Assembly: GCF_003704095.1 (NCBI RefSeq)
Contig: NW_020846580.1
Coordinates: 1 to 64,000 of the forward strand
Source of the DNA: Pocillopora damicornis
Lineage: Eukaryota
DNA length: 64,000 bases
Reading direction: 5' to 3'
A program made the translations under genes and the position numbers. Below, piece by piece: positions 11,434 through 25,700 of this stretch (position 1 is the first letter of the stretch; each line of letters starts with the position of its first letter). The notes under the pieces are model-generated. The model was not told where the DNA came from. It searched no databases and saw only the letters and a list, made by a program, of their open reading frames with translations.

Positions 11434-14400
11434 ATGGACCGGCAAGAGCGACTAGAAAGGACAGCGTCTATGGCCAACAACAAGGGATTGCTGAATAACC
11501 CTGGTGAAAATAATTGTTTTCTGAACTCGGCAGTTCAGGTAAGAAAAACGTTTGTTTTCTGAGTAAATGATATATAGTTTAGCGATCTCTTTAGAAAAGA
11601 TCTATTCTATTTTCTGCTTTGTGAGGGGGAGTAGCTAGTTGAAGCTTTTTCATTTAGAAGGAACGTGAGTACGCAAAATTATACGGACAATACAACGTTA
11701 CACATAATGGAAGTTTGTGTTATTTTTATCACATTAAAAACAGTGTTGAAAACTTGTACGATGACCGATATGACCGCTAAATGTCCGCACAGTAGGATCT
11801 CTGTAGCGGTGATGTGATATAAAGGTTTTTCTCAAACTTAAAAGAGTTCTTAAGTTATCAAGATTTAAAACGCACTGTTTCCGTTTCATAGACGAATTTT
11901 AGATCAGAAGCACGTATTGCTTTTGTTTTTAAAGACGTGGGTTAAAAAATCTGGAGGATTCGATTATTGAAACAAGTTAATATCTATTGGATGTGTGATT
12001 ACGTAAGGCTCTGCCGACATGAAATGTTGCACAAGAAGTACGCTTTGATTTAAGAAGTTAATCACCTAGTCGACATGGGATGCCACTCAAGGAATCGCGT
12101 TTTCATTTCAAATAAAGCTTTCAATGATGCGTGAAAGTGTTTTGTCATAATGCTAAAGCGTGCTTTGTGGATGATTGAAATTATTTTTGACCAAACACAA
12201 TAGAATCTGAAAAGCCTTAATACCAGACCTTACGCCAAGCGTATGCATGCCGTCATAACCCAATTAATAAGAAATTTTTAAAGTTATTTCGCACAGATTC
12301 CAGAGATATTCTGTTGCTGTAGGGTATTAAAGTGTGTGCTAGGAAATAGGGTGTAGATGCTGGCTAAAGATCTTTTATTGTTGTTTAGCTATCAATATCA
12401 AAAGTTGTTCTCTATGATTGATCTTCGGATAATTTATTCATTTGTGTTTTTAGAATCTTATCCTAGAGGTCATGCTTAAGTGAACGTTAATGGCAAAACA
12501 GCAAAAAAAAAAAAAAAGGAAAAAGAATTGGCTTTAACTTATTGAAAAGAGCTTTCTAAAATGAATGCAATTCATGACAGTTAAGCTTACTTTGTCAAAG
12601 TACTTTGAACTTCACACATCATATCCAAACCATAGTTTGGAGAGACATAAAATTGAAAAATTCATTACCTTGAAAACATTATAATGCAAACAGAGGCATC
12701 AAAAGATTTTGAGCTTCTTTGAGTTGTTATTTTTACTACTGGAAGAAAGGCTGCCTTAGTGATTTTTAACCAATATCACTTTTTCTTCTGAAAACAATAT
12801 CTTTATCAAAAATTATCATTCTCCATAGCAGTGTGGTCACAGGAAATTGTTTATAGATGATCACTCAACTTTGAAAGATATAGGATAATTGAAACTTGCA
12901 TTTCAATTCATAGGAGTTATTTTTGTAATAATTTAAGCTTTTGTTGAGAGTAATTTCTTATTGTTTTATGCTTTAGTCTTCTCCATGTTCAATAAAATTT
13001 GCTCTGTGCAATATCTTTCATCAGATTATGACATATTATGGCTGTTCAGCCAGCTAAGACTAGTGAATATTTTAAAACCTTTCAGGTCAGGTTTACAAAT
13101 TGTGCAACACTTATTAGCATAATTATGAAAATCCTGTGATATTTGCAAACATCTCTCCAAACAAAATGTGAATAATGAAATGAAGAAGTAACGAGTTGTT
13201 CAATGACTTTGTACTATTCAAAGGCTTGCAGCTAAGCATCATCGCATTTCCATCATACAGTTTTCGTATTTTTTTACAAATTTGCTGTTTTGATTAGGCA
13301 TGGAAGATGGAAGAATTTTCTAGCTGATATTCAGAACTCTGTACCTAGATTTTGGTGGTCTGAGCTATCAGACGTGGGAAATGTTTTCCTGTTACCTAAA
13401 AATATCCTCCAGCTACCAATTGTTATAATGGGAACCCCGAAATCTGGTCATCATTCTGTTTCTTTTGGGGGGCTCTGTTTTGATTTGATGGCAAATTCAC
13501 AGAACTAAAATAATGAGAAATGTGGGGCAATCTGTGTATAGAGTTGATACATGTAGTTTGATTGTTGGAATGAAGGAGTCAACAGATCTATAAATAATTT
13601 GACTTGTAACCTTAGCACACTAGCTACTAAGACAGACTGTCTCTGAGCTTTCCCTTAACCCTTAACACCCTAACATCAGTATTCATATTCTCCATACTGT
13701 CCTCTGTACATTTACTAAGGTGCTGACAGGGAGAATTTGTCTAACAATCAAGAGTTTCTTTAGCTGGTGATCATTTCCTTTATTCTCATGACATTAATGT
13801 GTGATTCAGTAGTGACATTGTAGAGAGAAATTAGATGCTGGTCACTCCCAGGGGTTTAAGGGTTAAAAATAATTTAATATTGCTTGTAAGGTAGTTTTGA
13901 TTCATTGATTCTCAAAAAGTATTTTTCTGTAGGTTCTCTGGCACCTGGATGTGTTCAGAAGAAGTTTTAGAGAGATTAAAGGCCATTACTGTATGGGAGA
14001 GTCATGTATATTCTGTGCACTGGACTTGATATTCAAACAATTCCAGTACAGCAGTAATGATGCCTTGCCACCAGATGGACTGCGAGTTGCTTTAGCTGCT
14101 GCATTTAAGGTTGGTGATATACATGTAGAATAAGTTTTTTTGTGTGGGAGAGAATGCTATGTAGCAAATTTAGTTAGGCTCCTCATAAAGAAGAAGCTGA
14201 GCATGGATCAAGCCATGTCAAATCACAAAAACAAGTGAGAATTCCTTTGATTGGAAAATGTGAGGAGGTTAGTGGGTTATTTTTGTGTTGATCCAGACTA
14301 CCACATAATATGGATGGGTTCAATATTGGAACAATAATGGATCTTCCTAGTCATCACTTAAAAAATTAAAGGTCAATCCAAAGATGTGGTGAGTTAACTA

Positions 14401-17400
14401 CTGTATCAGAGCAACTTACAACTTGTAGAGATCTTTGTTTGTGTCTGTTACTAATGTATCAGAGCTCCGGTAGTTTTGCAATGATTTGATTTAAATTAGA
14501 ACAAAATTGATTGATGCCAAAAGTCTGAAGGGTGGGTTTGATAAATACCTAAAAGATAGAACTATCAGTAATGAGAAGTAATATTTTGTTTGACAGAACC
14601 AGCATAGATTTCAGCTGGGAGACATGGATGATGCTGCAGAGTGCTTTGTAAGTGCCTTGTTGGTTCTAATAGTCTTGGCTTCCTTTTCAAAAACTTATTT
14701 TTGATTGATTGGGAAGGACATAGCTTATATGTTATCTTGTCAAGCCTTATAATTATCCATTGTGTATGATGTAGTCCCAGTAAATTAAAAAATTCAAATT
14801 TGTAGCTTCATGTCTTCTCATGTAGATTATTTTCTCTTAATTTCCCTTCTCTTTTTTAACCTAACAGGGAGTTAAATGGTAAGATGCCACATGCTTGCTA
14901 ATCATTCTGTTTTTTTCTCTTGTTCTAGGAAAACATCCTCAGTCATATGCATACCCTTGTGACAAAGAATGAGTACGATGATGCTTGTAATGCTAAACAT
15001 TGTATATCACACCAAAAATTTGCCATGCAGGTTATTGAGCAGGTAATAATCACGGATTTCGTATATTTTGAATTTGGCTGGGTAAGGTTAAAAAGCAGAC
15101 AGTGTTGAACTCCATAGTTCAGCTTAATTAACTTCTTGACCACATATTGATTTAATGAATGAATGAAGTAGTAAACTCAAACTGTGAAATCACTTTTTTT
15201 NNNNNNNNNNNNNNNNNNNNNNNNNNNNNNNNNNNNNNNNNNNNNNNNNNNNNNNNNNNNNNNNNNNNNNNNNNNNNNNNNNNNNNNNNNNNNNNNNNNN
15301 TAAGTCTCTATTGTGTCATTGGTAATTCTAATCAAATTTTTTCTGTTATTTCAGAGTCCAGACTGTAATGAGAAAGTCCAAGTTCAGCGGTTGTTATTAA
15401 ATTGTCCTGATATTGGTGAGTTTAAGAAATAATTGAATGTATTTATGAAATTTACAGGTCAGTGTAGAAACCAGATTTAAAAAGACGCTAAGGCATAAAT
15501 GATATAGGGTCACTGATATACATTCATGCAAATGAGCTGTTGTCTCAGAAAATTTTGCACTTGTGATTTTTTTATCACAAGTAGTATTTATCCACTGAGT
15601 GAGTAACTAATTGCCTGTTACTAATGAGTCCCGGTAATCATTCTTTCATATGATTATCAGTTTTGATTCACATGCAAATTGAACTCATAATTGAGGCCTG
15701 GTGCTCAACCATTTGTAAGAAAATTTTCATACAAAAGGTTGAGTGCCAGGCCTCATTTTGAAAAAAAGGTAATTCAGAAATGGCCAATTCATTGACTTAC
15801 TGATAGACTGAAACTGAATAAGAAAATGACTGTTTCACAGACTTTCTAAATGAGTGAATGACTTACTGATTGATTGACTGACTTACTGACTGATTAATGT
15901 ACTGAATTATTGAATGAAGTATTGACTAACTGACTGATGGATTGATTGTAGAATTGATGAATTCATTATTTGACTGATTGACTGTTTTATTAATTGCAGT
16001 AAGCGTTGGTCTTATCTGGGACTCTGAGTGTCCTGATGCAGAACATATTGCTGATGTTTTACAATGCATTGGAACAACTCTGAAGCTTTCTGATGTAAGA
16101 ACACTTTCTTTTAAAAGTGTACTCCGTTTACCAGAAAGCTCTTTTCCCTTGAGTTACCTGCTACCTAAATTAACTTCAGTTTGCACTGACTAGGGAAACA
16201 AAATTGATGGTGTGTAGTTTTAACTTTTTTCTTCAATTTTCTTATCTGTTTCCAGTTGTATCATCAAGTGTATGATGAAAAAGCCAAGGATGCCTGTCTG
16301 CAGCTGGTTGGTATAGTGACATACTATGGCAAACACTACTCAACATTCTTTTTTCATAGCAAGCTGAGAACATGGATTTATTTTGATGATGCCAGAGTCA
16401 AAGAGGTGGGTGTTCTGGCTTGAAAGAGAAGCCATGAATTATTTATTTTTAACTTGACATTATGTATTATTGCTCTGTAATATTGTTGAAGGGGCTGGAA
16501 GAATTTAAAATTTCTATTATTTGTAGTCTGAATGTTGTTCTGTTATTTATTATTCATGAGAATATTTTCAGAGGTGGCTTGAAGTCAGAACAAATGTATG
16601 TCCTCAAGCTGTGTTAAAATCCATGTCAAGCTAGTAGAACAGAGGAACATTTCTAAGGATTCAACATTTCCAAAAACAACCACAATCTTTTTCAAAAGGA
16701 AAGCATGCTTGGAGAAGTGAGGGGAATTGGAATGGTAGTCTTTGTCATGAGATTACAAATTGTAATTTTTTCAGCACTGAAAAGTGACCATTTCATGAAT
16801 TCAAAGTGGTTTTTAAATGACAGGGTTTGAATTTTTCAAGTTTGAATTTATTTGAGAGAGCAACAATGTGAACCTGGGACCAATGTCAGTATCTGAGCAA
16901 CTGCATACCTACCCTTCCCTAACCCAACATTAACCCTAACTCGTTATCAGTTGACTGTTGTTGTGTTAGAGGAGGGGTAGGTAATTGAGACTGAACATTT
17001 TACTTCAGATTGGTTCTGATTGGTTGGTTATGATGGAGAAATGCCGCCTATGTCACTATCAGCCTCTTCTGCTGCTCTATGCCAACCCCATTGGTACACC
17101 AGTAAATGCTGATTCAGCACCAAAGGAGCGAATTCTCATCAATGGTGCAGTTCACGAGAAGGGAACTGAAGGGAAGCAGTCAGTGAAAGGTCTTAATACA
17201 GAAAGAGGGACAGCTGATGGTGTAAGCGACTGCGAAAAGAGCCCTGTTATGTCCAAAAAATCCAAATCACGTAACAAACCAAAACTAGATAAGAAATCAC
17301 TGTTCAGATCAAAGAAGAGCCTTTCCTCCGGAGACTTGTCCATTCCTAAAAAGGAGCTCACGCGGTCACCAAGCAACGCGTCAGACAGCACAACTAGTAG

Positions 17401-19701
17401 TCCTGGAAAGGAGAGGCACAGGCCGAGCTTCAAACGAATAGGAACAGCAATCATGAGCGCAATGAACCCTGCTCTAGCTGTGTCTCACTTAAAGCAGAAC
17501 AAGAAAAAAGGGTCTTCAAAGTCCCGACGTTCGTCAACTGGCTCGAGTGAGTCTAGCGGCGACCCTGATCTTATAGATTTGAGGTGAGTAGCATCTTGTT
17601 TTAGAAGATCAGGTCGTGCATTGTGTCTAGTAATTGAGCTTCTCTGATGTTTTCTTATTTATCATTTGTCCGCATCTGTTAGTTTTGTTTTAAAGAGCTG
17701 AAAAACTACCTATGCTCGTTACAGAATTGGAAAATTTCAGATCTGTTACAATAACTGTCTTAATTTAGGTTTTGTTGCCCCCGTACTCTGTCCTAAGCCT
17801 AGTGAACTATGATAGTTGTTAACTTACCTTGGTTCCTCATCTCCCTTCAGTCCCAAGAATGAGGAGGCGAAAATGGAGATCCTGAAACTTTATGAACAAT
17901 CTAAAGTATTGCACTCTGCCCAGGCCAGAGCAATGAATAACGACAGTGGGATTAGTTCTACACCTTCCTCAGCAGGGGGGTCCGTCAGCTCTACGGATAC
18001 TAACCATGGGGGTAGTGACGAAGATCTCATCGATTTTAACCAATCATGGCGACGCTCTCAGTATGATAACTGGCCCCCGCCTCCAGGTAAAAGTGCGCTC
18101 GCGCATTGCTGGTTATGTACCGTTCAGACTTCGTTGGATATATTTGAAAGTAACGCTTTTATTTTGAAAACTCTCGCAAAAGTTTTCGTACCCGGTGGAA
18201 CAATCTTGCTCCCAGACTCCTAGTTTCTTTGACTGCGCCTGTTCTGCTGACTAATGGTAAGGGAGTCTCGGGATAAAGATTGATGGCAGAATCGCTTGCT
18301 TGCATTCTTCAGCATGCGCGGTTTAATCATTAAAGTATAGACAGTGGTGACGTAAACTCTTTTGGAAGTTAAGTTGCCTCCTCAAGTCTTTCCTCTTTAG
18401 AAAAAGAGAGCGTTTTCGTGGGGTTGTTTTTTTAACCAACCAAAATTTTCCCTGTTAGGTCGAAGTTTTATTTTGAGAGGAGAGACTTGTTGAAAGAATC
18501 GGAACTGAACGTCTTTTCGCGAAAATCAAGTGAACCCGATAGAAAAGATGGCGATGTATCTACATTGGGGAATAATACTGTTACTTTACTAACATTTTGT
18601 TTCATTAATTTATTCAGCTTATACGGCTGATCGTATTGAAAAACTTATTAAAGAGGGACAGCTGTACCTTCAGTTATCGCAGGAGTGGGAGGATCAAAAG
18701 GATCTCGTCAAAGCTTTTGATTATTGCACCCATGCAGCTAGTGAGTATTTTTTTTTTAGTTCGGACTGTACATGTATTTATTTACGAGAAGGCAACTATC
18801 GGAGTATTAGGAAAATAGGGGCTGGGCGAAGTGCAAAAGACACAAAAAGTTTTGCGTAAGGAAAAATTTTCTCGAGAAACTTTATGAAAAGCGAGTAGCC
18901 TTGAAACTCATGAACGAGATTTTTTATCTGAAAATTAAAGAAATCAGTTCTTCATTTAAAATTTAAATGAAGACATCACGGAATTGGAAGAGGTGCCCTC
19001 CTCTTCACAGCTCTTTTGGTTCATTTCCATCAGTCGGCCAAAGTGGTGAGCTAACACAATCCTTACATGTATGTTTACAACCATGTGTATTAATGTGTTC
19101 AGTATGATATGTGGAAAACATTTATTTAAGGTTTTAGAGCGCCCTTGCCTCGCAATCCAACCAAATTTAAGGGCCATATGACCAACCTATTGTGGGTGTG
19201 GTCTACTAGGTCCACAGCAAAAGGCTTATTTTGAATGCCAGTTTTAGTTATTGAATGACATTTTTTTACTGTCTCAATTTAATCTTATAATTTTATTTCA
19301 CGTAGCTAATTTATAATTTTATCATGTCAGATAATTATAATTATAGCCTTGCTTTGCTGATAAGTTGCTAAATATTTGGCCTTGGCGTTGTTAATTAAAG
19401 ATGATTGTGTTTCTTTACCTCAGCTATGTTTAGAACGGTCACCGAGGATAATAGTGTGGACCTAAACAGAAAGAACTACGCTCAAATGAAGCGCAATGTT
19501 TGCCACGCACGGGCCAAAAATTTGAACCACGTATTGCAATCCAGTCAGACAACAGACAATGGAACTGCTTCTGTCAGGTATTCAAGGGTTGATCTTACTA
19601 TNNNNNNNNNNNNNNNNNNNNNNNNNNNNNNNNNNNNNNNNNNNNNNNNNNNNNNNNNNNNNNNNNNNNNNNNNNNNNNNNNNNNNNNNNNNNNNNNNNN
19701 N

Positions 19702-19733
<32 letters not shown>

Positions 19734-21048
19734 TGCCTTCGAAAGACCTAGTGACAACTTTTACGGCAGCTCTTGTAGATGTCAGCAAACCAAGTACTGG
19801 AGTCCACTTATTGAACATTCAAGAAAGAGCGACGAGCACCTCCTTAATTTTTATACGGGGTAGTGAAGTTTTCCTTTTTCCCCTTGCGGGAGCAAGTGCA
19901 GGCCCCACTTTTGTTCACCCGTTCCCCGTCGCGGAAACTCAGAGACTGAGCAATGATAGTCGAGAGAAGCTTTTGAAGACACGCATTTCAAAATTTTTTA
20001 TCTTTTAATTCCGTTTTTACAGATGTCTGTCCAACGAAGGGATCGACCCGTTAGAGAATACTCATCCGCTCAAGGTACAGCACGTAGTGTTCAAGAAGTA
20101 CTCGTGTCCTCCAGTAATGGGAGTTACGTGGATTCGAGATTTAACCGTAAAGACAATTGGGAAGAACGAAACGCCACCAGTCTACCCCTGAAAACAAAAC
20201 CCACAGTGTATTCAAGTGGACATTATGTCAGCAAACCTCAAGGGAACAAAACCGGCTCCAGTGGAATGGGGCCGGGAGTTTGCTCGCAGCAAATTAAACC
20301 AGACTATTTGTGCTACAATCCTGTCCATTACGAGCGAGAGAGAGAGAGTGAAATTGCTGCCAGAATTCAGAACGTTGATATTCGCGCTCCGAGTCCGGAA
20401 CCGAGAACGGATCATACCAAGGTTATTCCCGTCGGCGTGAACAGGACGAGGACTTCCGAAAACCGCCGACCTCCGCCTCCGACCAGACGAGTGTCAAGTT
20501 CGATTTACATTTCACCGTCGAATCCGTCAAATTTAAGAGCTTCTACGGTTGACACTTACGACCCGAAGACTTACCGAAGTAGCGACAGTCCGAAAGCTCC
20601 CCCTAGTATATCGATTTCACGGCCAAGACACAAAGTGTCTTACGTGGGAAATTTAGCTCAGAACTCTCGCCCGACAACTCGCGATCGTTCTCCATCGCCC
20701 GCACGCTCTGCGGATGGGATGGACAGTGATTATCGAGCCCGTGGTTCTTATGGTCCGCGGCCTGCCCAGTATGTACCCGCCCCTCCATATAATCCACCAC
20801 ATCAACGTGAACATCTGAAAAGTTATTCCACATCATCCTTATCGAGACCGTGGTTCCAATCGGGTTCGACCGACGATTCATACACAAACACTTCTCGAGA
20901 CCTTCGGCAAATACCGGCGCGAGTCATTACTGATCGGCCGGTTTGCGAGAAATGCCGATGCGTCCCAATTGACAGGCGACAACGCCTATGTGCTGGTTGT
21001 CAGCAGGAGCTGTACCAAATTCACTCCAACACAGCCAGACTCTACTGA
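11434..21048 (+). CDS. USP54: USP53/USP54-family ubiquitin-specific protease (USP54-like)
   Basis: Exons 11434-11538 ([19 protein letters not shown], Cys box), 13933-14109, 14597-14647 ([13 protein letters not shown]), 14929-15042, [gap], 15355-15415, 16000-16095, 16256-16405 ([11 protein letters not shown]...WIYFDD, His box), 17009-17583, 17851-18086, then 18618-18740 and 19424-19577 (MIT-like helices), [gap], and probable last exon 20023-21048. The join to the last exon is uncertain. Confidence 0.88.
13655..13866. mobile_element. TTAA-flanked MITE in USP54 intron 1
   Basis: TTAACCCTTAACACCC...GGGGTTTAAGGGTTAA. Confidence 0.8.
15795..15985. repeat. Degenerate (ACTG/ATTG)n microsatellite
   Basis: Repeated tgac/tgat/tgaa tetramers ending just before the 16000 acceptor. 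Confidence 0.7.
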
Positions 21049-21541
21049 GGCCTATTGTTACACGGGAGGGAAGAGAAGTGCAACATGCCACAGCATACCA
21101 TGGCAGTTTGTTTTACCATGGTTTGTTTTGTTGTTAAGAAAAGAAAAAACGACCCCAGATGTAAAAATATTTATTCAGTAGCTTCAAACACACAGCACTA
21201 TTCAATATGTTGTATGTACAGTTCCTCCTCACCGTTTGTGTTGTAGTTAATTATGAAATGCAGCACAAGAAATAGGAGAAAGGTCCGTGTAAGCGAAATT
21301 AAAACTTAGAATTTATTAAGAGATATATTCCCGTAGGATGATTTAGAATGATGCACCCCCAACGCGAGGAGATTTGTCATTTAGCCTGGGATTTTGAAGG
21401 CTACATATGGCTTATGTATCATCACTGAATAGTTTCAGAGTTGTCTATTTTTGTTTAAATAAGTTATATTGATAGGTTTCTATTTTCTTCGAGAAGAAAT
21501 CCTTTTCGTTTGTTTGGGTGGGTCGCAAGTAAGGGGACGGT

Positions 21542-21737
21542 ATTAACCCTTTCAATCCCAAGATCTCATTGATAATTCTCCTTAATGTCTGCCATACAAT
21601 TCTTATGATGTTAGTTCTGAGAATTTGGTATTGGATCAACTAATCCCATAATTAATATTTTTTTATTCTCGTCACCTACCTACTTGATATTGTAAGGAGA
21701 AATTCTCTCTCGGTCACTTGTGGGAGTGAAAGGGTTG
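21542..21737. mobile_element. TTAA-type MITE
   Basis: TTAACCCTTTCAATCCCAAGATC...GGGAGTGAAAGGGTTGA. Confidence 0.75.
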
Positions 21738-22735
21738 AGATCTGTTCTTAAAGATGTGTACAAAGAAAAATATTACGAATGAGGAAACCGTGGCGCAATC
21801 TTTGGTTGAAGAGCGGAAGATTGATCCTGGATAGAGATTCCTTCTTCAAATGTGAGGGTAACTATGAACGAGCCAGGGGTGTAATTTTACGGTATTTACA
21901 TATAATCACTATAGTAGTGGAAGAGTTGTTAATAAATTTAACGAGGAATTTAAAAGACGAGATTGTAACTTTTTGAGTGGGTGCTTCAATGATGTCTGGG
22001 TCACTGTACCGTGTTGCGAAAGGTGACGACGTGTCTAATGTTTTGAGGTGTGGGGGGAATGGCAACAGCACATGGTCTTACACTCTCAAGGGCGCCATTG
22101 TATAACATTGACGTGGGACGGGAAGACATCCTAGAGGTGATTAACCAGTTAATTTTCCAGTTCTCAAAGTTATCTTGTAAACAGGTTATGAGAACAGACA
22201 AGCTTATCAGCTGGGGGCGTTATTTTGGAAGACCATAACCCACATTGTCATTAGGGGAGAATTACTAATTGGGTCCTGGGATTGAAAGGACCTGTTGTGC
22301 GATTGGGGAACTCTTGAATGTTATTTTATGATCAGGGTGGGGAGTTGGCGAAAGGTACGTTTTGTCCTTACTGTTCGTTCCTGTAAGCTGAGATGGAAAA
22401 CCTACTAAAAACAACGAAGTCGAAAAATCTTTTATTGAAATTCATCTCACTAACAAAGAACAGACGCGAAAAAGAAAGAAAAAAGATGACAAAACTATTG
22501 TGTTGTCTTATTATGAGACGCGAGTTATGACCATTTGAAAATAGCTGAACCCACGCTCCTTCTCAAAAATCCTTTCAGCGGCTGCATAACTTCGAAAAAA
22601 GTGTCAGTCACTTTCTGTATTTAATACCACCACAACGTGGAGGCAATTATCGGTCTTTGCTGTTGAGGAAGATAACAGAACAGCGAATTCTGGCTTAGCA
22701 TGGTACGTCGTCGACTGTTTCCATTTCGTTCTATC

Positions 22736-25700
22736 CTATTGGAGTGATACAGATATCAGAGTGTACAACGGCTTTTCCTGGAATTCTATCACAGTGTATG
22801 CGAGCGTGTTTAATCCGTCCGTATCGATAAGCACCTCACTTCTACGAAGTTCCTCATGCCTGTTAAAAAAAGATAAATAACAATCGCGAAGTGAAGTTCA
22901 AATTTCAAATTCTTGTTTATGATTTCCAATCCTTTATTTCAAAATTAGTTTGGATAGAGCAGTTTCAATTTTCAGTTAAGTGGTTAAAGGAATTTGGGAT
23001 TAGGCCTAGTTTGGTCTATTATTATTCCAAAGAAAAATAACTTCGAAATACCATGATTGGCCTCTCGCATTTCCGCGCTTCAGGCATCTTAGTCTCTCTT
23101 AACCCTTTAGCTCTCAGAGGTGATTGGCAAGTAACTTCTCCCTGTAATATCCATATATTATACAACAAATAGCTAATGAGAATATCCAAAATTATCAGGT
23201 GGAGGTTGTTCTCTTGATCTAACACCAAATTCTTGTAACTTATTTAAAAGGAAATGTGCAGCAGCTAGAGAGGAGAATTAACAATCAGATCTTTGGGAGT
23301 TAAAGGGTTAAAGTTCTCCTTGTAAGTAGCTCCTTGTAAGAATTATTCCTGTGTTCTGATTGGCTGTTGTATTTAATTCGATTTTGTTTTGCAACAAGCA
23401 GTCGAGATGCCCTTAAGTTGTGAGATTTCGACAGAGAAGTTTATAAGCGGTTACCAACACATTTTTTCATTCCACTACTACGCCATTTTACCACATGGGA
23501 GCATCAGAACGCGCAAATATGTCACTGTATTACACCGTAGAACAGGGGAAAATAGCGACGGAAAGCTGAGCTCCTGTTAGTCATAAAAAAAACTCAAATG
23601 GTTTCGGTTGTGTTGTTCTCGTCTTTCGCTAAATTTCGATCTATGCTCAGTAAGACCGAAGGATGTATTTCGAACTAGAAGCCAAAATACTTGAAAACGA
23701 AATAATAGTACATCAATAAATCCCTTATTCAATGGTTTAACATAAAATACGAACGGACATTTTGCTCATGGCTCGATCGGAAAAATACCACGTAACTCGC
23801 AAAATATCTGTACTTATTACATGTTAAACCGTGATATGGTGTATTTATCCCTACCTTTCAGGATTTTCTTCTCCTTCTGTGTGTGAATGACTCAGCATGG
23901 TGTATCGACCAATCATATGAGCCGGTCGAGTGAGACTCAGGCGCTTTTCTGTGATTCTTAATAGGAAACATGAACATTGAAGCAAGTTTAAAAATTTTAA
24001 ATCCAAGGTGGTACAGTGTGCTTGAGTTTGATATTTCTACCACTCTTGCAATACTAGACATGAGGTAGAGTAAAGAATGGTGGTGACGTCACTAGCCGTA
24101 AACCTGACTAGTAACAATGTGTTCAGACATGGTTTGACGCTACTCTGGTTTAAAGATTTGATGAATGTAACCGAAAAGTTACAATTCATAGACCCAAGGT
24201 TTCGACATCCCTGTCTAGTGCCTTCATCAGGAGCGATCTGATCGCTGTCACGACAGGTCCTTTTATACGCCCACAAATTAGCTGTCCTTTTTTTCTGACG
24301 AGGTGTAAATAGGCGTCAGGTAGTAAGCCGCCATCATTACGATTTAAAGGAGCGTGGGCGGAGCTGATTAACTTTAATATAACAATGTGTTGTTTGAATT
24401 TAATTTTTTCCTTTTTACGAACCTGACATACAAATCATCATCTTCTCCTCCCCAACCCCAGAAGCGATTTGGAAATCCATTGATCCGGCGGTAATGCTCG
24501 ACCCAAAAACCTTCAACACCACCAAACAAAGTCTTGTACTTTAATCTGTGTTGGCAAAAGGAAACAGATTTCAACCTTGGACAAAACTTAATTCAGAAAT
24601 CTCAAAACTTCCAAAACAGCTGATTCTCAAATCCGAAAACCAGAATGACGCACCCTGCTTTAGTTTCGTATCGGTCTAAAGCGTGGCCTTGGATCTTAGT
24701 TTTACCTTTCGACCATGTGATTGGTCAAGAAATATCACTCCATTCAATTACCAATGAGATGGTCATATTTCCCGCGCTTTCATATACACACTTCATTTAC
24801 CTTGATTTATCATTGGCTCCTCGGTATGATTATTTTAAATCTGATTTGCTGTGGTATCACTCTTATTAGGGTACTGCAAAGGATCAGCTATAAGGCTATT
24901 AACAACAAAAACCTAAAAACTGAACAAAAAACCCTTCTGTCATGAATACTAACATGTAGTCATGGCGGCTCACAGCAGTGGACATATGACGTGGAGATGA
25001 GGGACAGCTGTAGTCATTTCTGGCATCCTCTGGGATCAGATCCACATCGTGGAATATTACACAAGTGAAGTTATCCGCCTTCATGGCTTCATTGAACCCA
25101 ACGTTCATTAGCATTCCACGATTAAAACGCTCGTTGTCGGCCTGGAAAATAAACGCATGTTAGTTCTCAGCTAAGTCAAAGTTTAAGTTTTGCATGAAAA
25201 AAAAGATAAAAACTAGAAACTTCTTTGTTTATGCTGCTTATTCCTTGCTTTACGAGGACTTGGAGTGGGGGGGTTTCGTCGTTTGACGAAACAAACAACT
25301 TTTGCGAGGGAGACTAAACATGAGTCACCTGTTACAATGTATCTGCCCGCCATACGAGTACAGTCGGGAGAGGCCTATCCCCCGGTTTTACCTGTTCTAT
25401 AATGAAGATTCTGTACTCTAACATTTGCCATCGGAGATACTTGTGCATGTGTCTTACAAATATGTTAAGGTGTTCTTGTCTGTCCCTGAAGGGAACAACT
25501 ATGGCTACCTGAAAAATGAGAGAAATGTAGAATTAAAGTAGTTTCATCTTACCCCAATGAACTGCGGTGGTATTTCTCTATCGTTTGATCTTCAGAAACC
25601 ACATTATTTCATTCGTTCATTCTTCGTTCATTCGTTCATACATTCATTCGTTTATACGTGCATTCGTTCATTCGTTCATACGTCAATTTGTTCATTCGTT

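Noticed and set aside
16915-16945. Telomere-like CTAACCC repeats
   Set aside because: Part of the palindromic MITE also seen at 4664-4799, not an interstitial telomere array.
19405-20008. ORFs with poly-X, poly-F or poly-K stretches
   Set aside because: Artefacts of reading through N gaps and a poly-T tract.
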